Below, in pieces: positions 24,888 through 36,043 of a DNA stretch of 64,000 nt (position 1 is its first letter; every line of letters begins with the position of its first letter). The stretch is from contig CM119371.1 of NCBI GenBank assembly GCA_051294905.1, forward strand, positions 3,908,001-3,972,000, in the 5' to 3' direction. Position numbers and translations under genes: made by a program. This DNA is from Botryllus schlosseri (lineage: Eukaryota). The notes below the pieces were generated by a model. That model had not been told where the DNA came from and searched no databases. It saw only the letters and a program-made list of their open reading frames with translations.

Positions 24888-27522
24888 GGAGCTCATTTAG
24901 ATACGTTTTTAATGTAGTTTCACGTTCTAGTTGTTTTGATGTAAGGAAAAAATCATTCGATAACTCGATACAACTAGTTAACGCGCGTTGATGTAACGTT
25001 CCTCATTTGTATGCATAGCCTACGCGCAATTGGTTACCGAATTTTTCGATTAGTTTATATTCCGCATTTTATTTAAAACTGAAACTGTTAAGTACTACTT
25101 AAAGTGTTATAAAATGTGAAAAAGTGTACAAGTAGAATTATTACTATGTCATGAATAAGTAGTTTACAAATTCATACGATTTTTCTTTTTGCGTTCCGGG
25201 ATAAAATGTAATTTTTCTCTCTTTTTTATTTTTTATTTTTTCAATAAAATTAGTATTCATTTTACAAAAAACGTAGTGTAAAGATAAAGTACTTGTACAT
25301 TTCGTAGTGCTCAAGTATAAGTTTTTAATGTATTAACTTGATAAAATTTTCAGAATAGAGACTTTTGCGTAAAGTCTGTCTTGCATTTAGTTGCCAGCTC
25401 TGAAAGAAGGCAAAGTTTGTGGTATTTGCGCAACATCGAAAATCGATAAAGTAGTCTAAAACCTAGATACTTTTTACGTGGAGGGAGTACATAACGAAGT
25501 ACTTGTACATTTTAGAGTACTCAAGTATAGGTTTGGCCTTCTTGCGGTATACTTAATGAATCATTCCTGTGTCATAAACACTTGAGTAGTTGGTGCGTGT
25601 AGACAAAAACCTACTTGAGTACATAATTTTTATTTTCCATTAAAATTAGTATTCATTTTACAAAAACGTCGTGTAAAGTTAAAGTACTTGTACATTTCGG
25701 AGTACTCAAGTATAGGTTTTGTTAGCTTATTATATGCTCAGTATATTATATGTCGAGAATTGTGGAGCATTTATGCGGGTCTCCGGGGTGCTCTTCCTTG
25801 AGTGTCCGTGTTGGGCGATAAGTTTAATTCGCAAAATTAGTGTGTTCAAATCAGGCCTGTCGCCAATATAGTGATGTCGCATTAGCCCTAAATACACATA
25901 ATAGAATATCAAAGAAAAGTATCATCTAACGTATAATGAATGTTATTTATTTCTCGGAAGCAAGTTATTATCAAAACATAGTGGTCAAAATTATCGCAGA
26001 GCAATACCGATTTTGCGTAAATTCTGTTATGCGTCTGACTACGTTACTAGGGATTATGTAGTTAGTTAGGAAATTAGGAGTCCTATCTTCCCAATCGGTA
26101 TGGAACAACATCAAAAGCATCACAAAGCAACATCGACTTTTGCGTGAATTCCGTTATGCGTTTTACTACGGTAGTATGCGCACCTGCTTACAGGTGTCCA
26201 GACGTGAACTTTCTACTATATTCGCTCCTAACATTATAGCAGCACCCGACGCAGCTTACATTATTACGTTATAAGACGCCGGCGGCGTTTCACTGTCAGT
26301 TTAATCACCTTATTCTAGTGACATGAAAAGGACTGAATCGTATGAAATGTGGTCACTTCAAGAATCACGATTTTTCATTAAGTAGTTATGTTTCTCGGCT
26401 ACTTTTACTTCTATTTCACGGGTTTTCATAGAAATCTGCTTACTTTTATAACTTTATATTTTGTGAAGTAGAGAGTAGTTTAAGGTTATGTTTGTCTAAC
26501 CTTGGCGAGTGCTATTGTCACACTCGATCACCATCTTCAAATCATGGCTATCTCAATGATGTTGACTAAATTTTCGGCTTCAGAACGTGTTAATTAGACC
26601 TAATCGTTTTAACGCTGGGGTTCGCGTACAGGCATCGATAGAGTTTGTATAAATAAAGCCCTGCGAATCGCACGCCTACGGCTATAGTTCGTTCGATTAT
26701 TTTCACCTTGGGATTCGCGTATATGCTACTAAGCTGTTACGACTTTAGAAAATTCTACAAGACTATTCGGAACACGCACATGCGAGTGATTTGTTTCCGT
26801 AGCTCCGAACTGGAGAATCGCTTGCCTGCGTCTAATGAAAATAAGTCGTAAAATGTGGAGGCTGCAGAGACAGTAACTTGTATACATAAAATCAAGTTTA
26901 AAAATATGGACGGATGAGTTATCTCTGACCAATAGAGTAATATAACCGCCTATAGTTTAGTGGGGTATTGCTATAATGTATATCCAAACAATCGTTGCAG
27001 ACACTGAATGTTACCTAGGTCCTTATCACAAAAAATCATGCATCAGAAGCGTAGGGGTTCATATTATCAAGTCGCAGCGCTCAAAATCGCATTTTATATT
27101 AAGTAGTTAGTGATGATGTGTAGAATTTTGATATTAATAATATTATCCGGAGAATATAACCTTACATAGACATCATAGTTTTCGCATTTATGTATAATCT
27201 GAATAGGAATTTAAATACATAGTCCTAAATACACATAATAGAAAATCTGTCGATTCTAGCCAAGGTAAGTTTTGACGCAGCAATCATAAGTCGTAAAATG
27301 TGGAAACTGCAGAAACCGTAACTTGTACACATAAAATCAAGTTTAAAAAATATGGACGGATGATATTAGTCCTAAATACACATAATACAATATCTGAGAA
27401 AAGTATCAAGATGCGGCAATCAATGCAGCGATGATATAGCAATGGATGGATGATGTGGCACTATAGGCGTGACGCTTGATGATGTGGCACAGATGACGTA
27501 GCAGATGAATGTTCCCTTAGGG

Positions 27523-29035
27523 CAGTGGTTCCCAACCTTTTTCATCTCGTGCCTCCCTTGGCCGAAATTTGAGCCAAAATTCCCCCTTATGAGAAATCTG
27601 CCCGATGATTAAAAAAGGTCAGATTTTACCACCCAATCTCCCGTTGACCGAAGAATAGGACGGGCGGTACAGAGTGTTTGTTTCTAGCAGGGCTTTAACA
27701 ACGCTTTGTAGACCTCCAAAAACCATGGTCTTGGTCCCAATCAAACAAATTCTGGAAGGCTTGACTCAACAGACCCCCAAAATTCCATTTGTGTTTTCGG
27801 CTGATCATGCACCAATCGCTAATATAACTGCTGTTAAAAATCAGTATGCATAAATTTATTGGTCTCGCGATCTTTTCTCAAGTTTGCGTATGCATTTGGT
27901 CAATAATATTGGTACTTTCATTTATAGCAGGATTGACCACACTCGAGTCGGACTCGAGTCTGATGACTCTACTTGACTCGAGTCATTTTCTCAAAATAGG
28001 GAGACGACTCGACTCGAGACAATCTGTGTATTTACTCGACTTGGAGTCATTGTACATGACTCGAACCAAAACATATGACTATAAGACAGTCAAGGCCGAC
28101 ATTTCATTGTAATTTCGAAGAACAGTAAAATAGCCTTCCTGTTGGAATTTCGTCTATTGGTCCAGGTACTTGAAACTGCGACAATAAACTGCTCGAAGTG
28201 AGGAAAATTAGTATATTATAAATCAAAATCATTCGATATCACCAAACAGAGTTATAAAATTTGAGTTTAACAAGACTTCAACTGGAAACTGAGCAGTCAA
28301 CACAATGAATTGGATTCGGACTGGAGTCATAAGACCATGACTCGGGCTCGACCCTATGCTCGGTGACTTGGACCGTCGGACTTGACTCGAGTCAAACTAT
28401 AAAGTGAGATTGACTTGCGACTCGGAGCCTCGTGACTTGGTTACAGCCCTGATATATAACATGCCCGTGATCAGATTTCCTGTTTGAGCTCATTGAAATT
28501 TAGGACACTCATTCTGTTTCGGCAACATTGCAACAACTTTAACATGCATTTTTTCGATCGAGTAGCTGTCCACTAAAAATAGAGCAAGGCTAGCGATCTT
28601 TTTGACTTGAATCGATGACGTTGGAATATCTTGTCACTTTATGAAAATGTGGACTTCAAAATATAAGATAAGTACTTTCGTTAGGTGCCTTGTTGTGATA
28701 GCTTCGGCACGACATTTGCTCGCTTAGAATATATTTGATTGAGAGGTCGTCGCTGGCATACAAAATTGTCTTGCGAACTGCAGCACATGTGAACTAGTTT
28801 TAAAAAACCAAGGGGGAGCTTGTATGTGAGAAAGAGATTTCAAATAGCATTTGAACATACTTCAGAAAAAAACAGCTATAAAGAGCATACGTTCTGATAT
28901 AACTGGTTGACTACATGGCATCAGTTCGGACATGAACAATTTGGGAAATCCGTTACAACTCTAAAGTGGAATTCCTCCCTAAAAATTACAAAATTCCCCC
29001 CAAGGGGGGAATTCCTCCCCGGTTGGGAACCACTG
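27523..29035. mobile_element. hAT non-autonomous element inserted in the right arm of the foldback
   Basis: Perfect TIRs CAGTGGTTCCCAACC / GGTTGGGAACCACTG. Perfect TSD CCTTAGGG (27515-27522, 29036-29043). Confidence 0.9.
27928..28451. mobile_element. GACTCGAGTC-rich hAT-like MITE nested in 27523-29035
   Basis: CAGG...CCCTG ends and many GACTC/GAGTC motifs. Colinear with 53979-54488. Confidence 0.75.
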
Positions 29036-31731
29036 CCTTAGGGGATGAAAATGGGCGTGGCAATTAGGATGACGTGGCCTTCTGGGATTGGCGGGGCACA
29101 AAGCCAGCCCATCATACTACTCACGTTTGCTAGCATTCTGATTGCGTTTTGTGATAGGACGATAGGGGGCGCAAAATCTTTCACCATCATAGGGGGGGGG
29201 GGGGCGTGTCTTAAAAAGTTTGAGAACCACTGTTCTAAGGTAAATACTTCTTATATTATTTTTTTATGTTTTACTTTCTGTCGCGACAGCCCGATCTCAA
29301 GGCCCATGCAGCTGGAGAGGTTTCAATTGCGCTAAACATCACAGAAATCCTGAACGAAATTGACATAATTAGGAACACGAGTGTTGGCCCAACCAGTTTT
29401 AATTATTTCAGTGATGTGCTTATAAAAACGATTCGCGCGTGCCTTAGGTAGATTCGTTCTCTGTATGAGTAGTTTTAGGGCAATTATATTTGATCTACAC
29501 ATAGTAGAATCGTGTTTGAAGCTAACATGGTTATGATGCTGTCGGCATTGTGTGTTCTGGACCTGAACCAAAATTGGAACTAGTAAATCTATGAACAGAA
29601 TCGGGACAATCGACATTCATCTCTATAGTTCTGGCAAATTGATTATTGAGGTCGACCAGTCCTGCCACTGTTTCTGTCGCGTGTACGATATCGTCAAAGC
29701 AACGTTTGGTTTGTTTTAAAAAAGCATATATATTATCTCCATGTCCTCACTATATAATGAAATACCGTTATTCTGTTTTGGTTTATAATCCCAATTTTAT
29801 ATAGTGTGGCCCGCGAATGGATTCTGATGTTGAATGCGGCCCGCGAGCTCAAAAGTTTGCCCACCCCTGTTCTATAGTAATACTGTTCACCGCTTGCTTG
29901 TGATGTCATAAGCAAATATTTCTCCTATTCATTTAGCCGTCGGCAATTGACCAATGGTTCCGTTTGGTGTTGTAAAGTATGCAGTTAGCAAACATGTGTT
30001 CAGCTAGTCATTTGTCTTTTAGTGATATTCGATGAAACCGCCGCGATAGCTCAGACTTCTTGAATCGGAACTTCCTACCCGACGTTAATAAATACCGCAA
30101 TGCACATAAATGAAGTGACGTAGCCAGCCAGGGTCGAAGCAGCTTCCATGTTGGAATCGAAACCCTTTTGTTTTAAAATGCTGATTTTATGTCCAAGGTT
30201 ATTGTCTGAGGTTACTGACATCTCTTGCAGCCCATGTGCTACTATCGACTGTGTGTGGTGTGGGACAGGCCGGATACGCAGTAGGCTGGTGCGCCTGCTA
30301 TCATCGCTGATCTGAATTACCGCTTCTGCAGCAGTAGCTTTGCCTACTCTCTCCCCAATACTTTCACATTTAGGTTGATTATCGTTCGTCACGTCATGCT
30401 ATTTTGGGGCTGACACGAAATAAATTCCAATTTGCGTGGCGGACGGCCTAACTGGCTGCGAATAGACTCTGTGGCCAAATACTATTTTATTCAAATCCAA
30501 ATTTTTGACGGCAATAATAACTCCGCTTCTACTAGTTGGAATTGAACCAAATTTGAAGAACATCATTTTTATAGAAAACCTAATACTTTCATGGGTGAAC
30601 TTATTTTTATATTATAGAATAGAAACTTTCTTCTTCCTGTAGCAATGTGGCTAGTGGTTGGAATTGAACCAAATTTTGTGTGTAGGCTTAAGTTACGTAA
30701 CCTAACAATGTTATCAAGTAGCCAGTACGATTTGAGGAAAAAATTATATTTGAAGACCCCTAATGAACAGGGGTGTAAGAGTTCTGACCAAACGTTAAAA
30801 GGGTGTACCGCGTCGAAAAGGGTTGAAGAGCACTGGCTTAGCATATAATTCCCCGCAAATTTGTGCATTAAGTGAAGGAATGTATGAAGACCTATCACAT
30901 CACGGCATAATAGTACTCGCCAGTTTGCTTGTATCAATGCTATAATAACCAATATAGAATCTATAGAAGTCCATGTGCAATATGTGTATTCTTTTGAATT
31001 AGTTGGATGGTTGGAGCAGAGGCAGGCTAGCTACCTTTAAATTTTCGTCGTAAGTAGCCTATATACTCGAGTGTTTTCATACGACTCCATTCGTACTCCA
31101 AAGTTTGATATGCGGTCCCGACATCCTAAAAGGTTGGGAACCACAGGTTTTGACGATTCCAATATATATATATAATATATTTCCGCTATAGGCTACCAAC
31201 GATACTGATGGGAGGTCAAGAAATAATAGCATGCAACGAAGCATGCTTTCGTCGTAACGGTCTAGCCAAGACCGGACAATGCACTCCCATGTCGTCAGAC
31301 TATTGCTACTTTAGCATTGATCAGAGTAATATCCGGTTTCTATACTGGCTGCAGAATTGCCTCGAAACAATTTGTACAGTAGCAAACAAGACAATCAGGC
31401 GTATTTGGATTTTATGATACAATATATAAATGATGAAGGTTCTCAGTGGAGAACCTACCGAGGCTCTTTTGTGTACGCGAACCTCCAAATTCCTGAGGTT
31501 CACACACTGAACTCGAACGTGAACCTTACGGTCACACCATCCCTAGTCGCTATCTCGGCATTTTTTTACAATAATTGCGATTCAGATATATTACACATAT
31601 TTCCATAATATATGTCCTAGTTTATAGACTTCGACGAGTGATCATAATGCAACCTATGGTTTCTAATTATGTTCTAGCATTTTACCTGACTGTTTACTTT
31701 TAACAGTTTCACCTAAAGAACAGGCGGTGTA

Positions 31732-33063
31732 ATGGCTTTTAGACAAACCGAGGCTTGTGCAGAGGATTTGCAGCGACGTGATGACGCCAAGAAAAATGTC
31801 TGCGAGATCTGTGGCATGGAATCTAGTAATAAGTGTAACTTGCAAACGCACGTGAAGATTCACATTGGAGTGAAAGACCACGAGTGCGATGTATGTGGGA
31901 AGGCATTCATATCCGCGAGTGAGGTAAAACAGCATATGAAATATCACACCGGACGTAAAGAGTGCATGTGTGAGATATGTGGGAAAATATTCCCGGAAAA
32001 AAGAAACCTAGAACAACACATGAAAATTCACAGTGCGGGTAAAAAGTTTGAATGCGACGTATGCGGAAAAGCATTCATTTCTGTTACTGCGACTAAAGCA
32101 CACATGCCAGTTCACCTCCGACTCAAGGCTTTCGTGTGCGAAATATGCGGGAAAGCATTCGCTAGCAGAGGCAAAATGACGGTACACGTGAGAAGTCACA
32201 CCGGAGGTAAAACTTTTGTGTGTGAGATATGCGGGAAAGGATTTATTTTCGCGGGTGATTATATGAAACATGTTAGAATTCACGTCGGACTTGAAGAATG
32301 GAAGTGCCAAATATGCGGCAAAGCTTTCGCTCAGAAGAGACATCTCAGACAACACATAAAGATTCACACTAGCGTTAAACGGTATAAGTGCGAAATATGC
32401 GGCATGGATTTTACAAAAAAGAATGGCTTAACATTGCATTCGGTAATTCACGCAAATGATCAAAGATATCGATGCAATATTTGTGACAGACCATTTCGTT
32501 CTTAAAATGGTTACAATCGCCATATCTTGAATCATTTTGACGCAAAAAACTACAAATGCGATATTTGCGGCAGTGAGTTTCTTCGAAAGGGGCAATTGGT
32601 TTCGCACGTCGCAATTCATTTCGTTCTGAAAGAAAAGAAGCATGGCTGTGAGATCTGCGGGAAAGTATGCAGTGCGCGAAATTGCCTGAGAATGCATTTT
32701 AAAAGAACTCATACCAAGACTGAGGAATATATATGTGAAATATGCGGAATGGCGTTTCGCGTCAAAACCGATTTAAAACAACATTCACTGATTCACATCG
32801 AGCTGAAGCAGCATTCCTGTCATATTTGCAACAAGAAGTTTCGCTGTAAATATAACTTGAAGAAGCACTATCGAATTCATTACGACATTAAAATGTTTAA
32901 ATGTGATGCATGCGGGAAGAAAGTTCGTGAAAAAAACAAGTTGAAGACGCATATGTTAATTCATTTCAATGTAAAAGACCATAAATGCGAAATTTGCAAC
33001 AGGGATTTTCGTCATAAGCACGGTTTAACGTCACACATGATAATTCATGTTACCAAAGACTAA
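31732..33063 (+). pseudogene. Tandem C2H2 zinc-finger array gene, copy 1 (~15 fingers, in-frame TAA at 32503-32505)
   Basis: Repeated CX2CX12HX3H units. ORFs 31732-32505 and 32527-33063 are in the same frame. The TAA aligns with AAA in copy 3. Confidence 0.88.
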
Positions 33064-34061
33064 TATAATAGGGTTACTATATTTTGGAAATCGGAAAAGA
33101 GGACACATTTTCAAAATTTTGAGACCTGCAATACCGGAGGAAAATTCCGGGAAAATGTTAAATATTTTGCAATTCGCGGTCGGTTGACAAAGTCAACTTT
33201 CTGACTCAGCTCCAGCAACACACTTTCTCTTTCACATTATCAGTTGGTTGACTAAAAAAAATGTCAACTTTCCGGCTCAGATCCCAAAACAACCGCCGGA
33301 GCGTTACTTCGATGCTGATTTACTGTATCTCAGTCGATTTTGCCCTATATTTAACCAAAATTCTCAGAAAATATGACTAAATCACAAGAAAGAGGACATT
33401 TGGGCGTCGTCGGAGAGCACTTTCAAAAAAGTCAAAAAAGAGAACAAATCCTCTTAAAAGAGGACGTATATTCTGGATTGGGCGCATTGAAGAATTGATG
33501 CACGAAGTGTTAATTCATTTCAATGTAAAAGACCATAAATGCGAAATTTGCAACAGGGATTTTCGTCATAAGCACGGTTTAACGTCACACATGATAATTC
33601 ATGTTACCAAAGACTAATATAATAGGGTTACTATATTTTGGAAATCGGAAAAGAGGACACATTTTCAAAATTTTGAGACCTGCAATACCGGAGGAAAATT
33701 CCGGGAAAATGGTAAATATTTTGCGCTTCGCGGTCGGTTGACAAAGTCAACTTTCTGACTCAGCTCCAGCAACACACTTTCTCTTTCACATTATCAGTTG
33801 GTTGACTAAAAAAAATGTCAACTTTCCGGCTCAGATCCCAAAACAACCGCCGGAGCGTTACTTCGATGCTGATTTACTGTATCTCAGTCGATTTTGCCCT
33901 ATATTTAACCAAAATTCTCAGAAAATATGACTAAATCACAAGAAAGAGGACATTTGGGCGTCGTCGGAGAGCACTTTCAAAAAAGTCAAAAAAGAGAACA
34001 AATCCTCTTAAAAGAGGACGTATATTCTGGATTGGGCGCATTGAAGAATTGATGCACGAAG
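32954..34061. repeat. 554-bp direct tandem duplication (last zinc finger plus a GAGGACA-motif MITE remnant)
   Basis: 32954-33507 is almost identical to 33508-34061. Confidence 0.9.
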
Positions 34062-34322
34062 TCGTGTGCTCGAAATTTGAAACATTTGACGCATATGGGA
34101 TTTATGGTTAGTGAAAGATATGATGCTTAGTCGATATTGTCGATTTATATATGACAAGGCGACGGCCAACAGTAACCCCCGTTAAAACATAAATATGGGT
34201 GTCATGTTTAGGTATGGCTCCCCGTGCTCACTACTATGATATATATTTCCTTCGACGTCATGTTCTTAATACGATGTGTAGTAATTTTTTACGCTTGAAT
34301 TGGTTGTATCTATATTCTAGAC

Positions 34323-34608
34323 CAGTGGTTCTCAAACTGGGGGGCGCAAAGCTGCAGCCAGTCAACTGAAATATTCCCTTTGCGCTCTGTGCAATTCATC
34401 TCCATTTCATTATTATTGCTCTGTGTATAGTCCGAATTTCATATCTGAGAATTTTCTCATCGACAGTCATAACCTTCCATGCCATAAAATTATTCGTTGG
34501 GATTGGTATCATTCTGGTTACATTCTGTGATATGACGATAAGAGGGACGAGCGCAAATGCTTCACTATCATGAAGGGGCGTGTGTCTAAAAAAGTTTGAG
34601 AACCAATG
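34323..34608. mobile_element. hAT MITE
   Basis: TIRs CAGTGGTTCTCAAAC / GTTTGAGAACCAATG. TSD TTCTAGAC/TTCTAAAC. Confidence 0.8.
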
Positions 34609-34616
34609 TTCTAAAC

Positions 34617-36043
34617 CAGTGGTTCTCAACCTTTTTGACTTCGCGGACCCCTTTTGACCGCCACGGACCCTCGCGGACCCCCTCAAGTTTTAGTTCGATT
34701 TTAGCTCTATTATGGTGCAACCGTCATCTGATTTGTGCAAATATGAGCTGTAGGCTTGTGATAAACAGCAAAATAATGCTTTTTCTTGAAAATATTATTA
34801 TACTATTTATGTATAAATTGGTAAACTTTCATTACTTCAAAGCTAATTTTCCTGCTGTATTTCTTGAAGTACGTGGTCGTGTCTTGAAAATCCGGGTCGT
34901 CGTTTTGATATGAACGGGGAGTGCCGAAAACCATTTCCGCAAAGATAGAGGGAGGCTAATGCAATATTAACGCATAACGCTTCCGACGATACTTTCAGTG
35001 TAATCGCAACATTTATGGCACCAAAATGAAGAAACATATCAAGTCCAGCATCAAGCGCAGGGACGGGCAACATGCTCACCGCGGGCCTGATTCGGCCCGC
35101 AGAGAGTTTCTACCGTCAAAGTGAAATCCTAATCTAAATGTATAGACAAATTTTATGCGCCAAAAAATGTATCCAAGTTTTCCAACCTGATAAAGACTAT
35201 CATGAAACGACTTGTTCTGTTCGGGTCTACATATATATTTACGAACAAACATTTTCGACCATGAACAATTGAACATTAACACGACAAGGCTGCATACCAA
35301 TATAACTTGTGATATGAATTTCAGGGTTGGAGCGTAATGCTTTGACAGCACCGAAACAGTCCTTGTTAATCAAAAAACCAGTCTTGTCGATAGGGTATCC
35401 GCAATAAGAATACGCCCAATCTGATAGCTGTGCTTTAAGAGTAGGTATATCATTGTCTGATTTATGACGAGTGTCAGCCGTAAATATTCGGGCTCATTTC
35501 AATATGAATATACTATTCAATTGTATATTGAAGTTCTGTACCTCCAAGAAGCTGTTCAAATAGTGGTTATGTATATCACAGGATGAATGAATTTCGTGGC
35601 GAGGTTTCAATCCCTGCATTGAGACAAATTAGGGAAATACTTCGGAAATTTTTATTTCAGACGACTGTTCACTAATTTGATGACAACTGCAAATCGAGAA
35701 GGTTTTGCAGACATTACGACGTCACCCTGATTGACGTTACTATCTCCATATTTAAATTTTAACCCCAAACCCCAACAAAACGTCTCTAAACAGCAATATG
35801 TCTGTATCAGCTGGTTATTGGAAAATGTACAATGAAAATGAATTTCCACACAACGATAGCTCATATCAGACGATTATTATGATGATATGAGTCATGAGGT
35901 TTTAGCAGTTGTGGTGCGAAACTGCCTCATGCTTTCTCAAATTAAAAAATAAAATAAAAATCAGGTTATCAATCATTTTAAAAATTTAGAGGTCTCGCGG
36001 ACCCCCTGAAATTGCTTCGCGGACCCCCGGTTGAGAACCGCTG
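34617..36043 (-). mobile_element. hAT deletion derivative with transposase C-terminal remnant
   Basis: TIRs CAGTGGTTCTCAACC / GGTTGAGAACCGCTG. TSD TTCTAAAC. The minus strand at ~34900-35030 reads KVSSEAL..YLCGNGF, like the hAT dimerisation domain. Confidence 0.8.

Larger units (their letters stand above)
6511..29121. mobile_element. Giant palindromic (foldback) element with Polinton/Maverick-like ends, non-autonomous
   Basis: Starts AGTAGTATGATGGGCTGG and ends CCAGCCCATCATACTACT. 6-bp flanks are TACGTT (6505-6510) and CACGTT (29122-29127). The left arm (6511-20758) is the reverse complement of the right arm (20801-29121) once arm-specific insertions are removed. Mirrored ORF pairs in the track confirm this (e.g. 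11396-11692 / 23153-23449). Confidence 0.85.
6397..29232. mobile_element. Third-level hAT MITE, split by the foldback element
   Basis: TIRs CAGTGGTTCTCAAAC / GTTTGAGAACCACTG. TSD ATCTAAGG/TTCTAAGG. An uninterrupted relative lies at 34323-34608. Confidence 0.8.
6220..29869. mobile_element. Second-level hAT element of the nest
   Basis: TIRs CAGGGGTGGGCAAAC / GTTTGCCCACCCCTG. Perfect TSD TTCTATAG (6212-6219, 29870-29877). Confidence 0.85.
5995..30835. mobile_element. Outermost hAT element of the nest, split by later insertions
   Basis: TIRs CAGTGCTCTTCAACC (5995) and GGTTGAAGAGCACTG (ends 30835). TSD GCTTAGCG/GCTTAGCA. Confidence 0.8.

Noticed and set aside
6511..29121. Palindrome as an amplification chimera or assembly artefact
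   Set aside because: The arms differ by substitutions and by arm-specific insertions with their own TSDs. The palindrome ends exactly at AGTAGT/ACTACT with a 6-bp TSD inside a MITE whose halves rejoin. Read-level confirmation is still desirable.
6511..29121. Autonomous Polinton or endogenous virus
   Set aside because: No ORF with pPolB, integrase, packaging ATPase, protease or capsid motifs is present. The only long ORFs belong to the inserted LINE.
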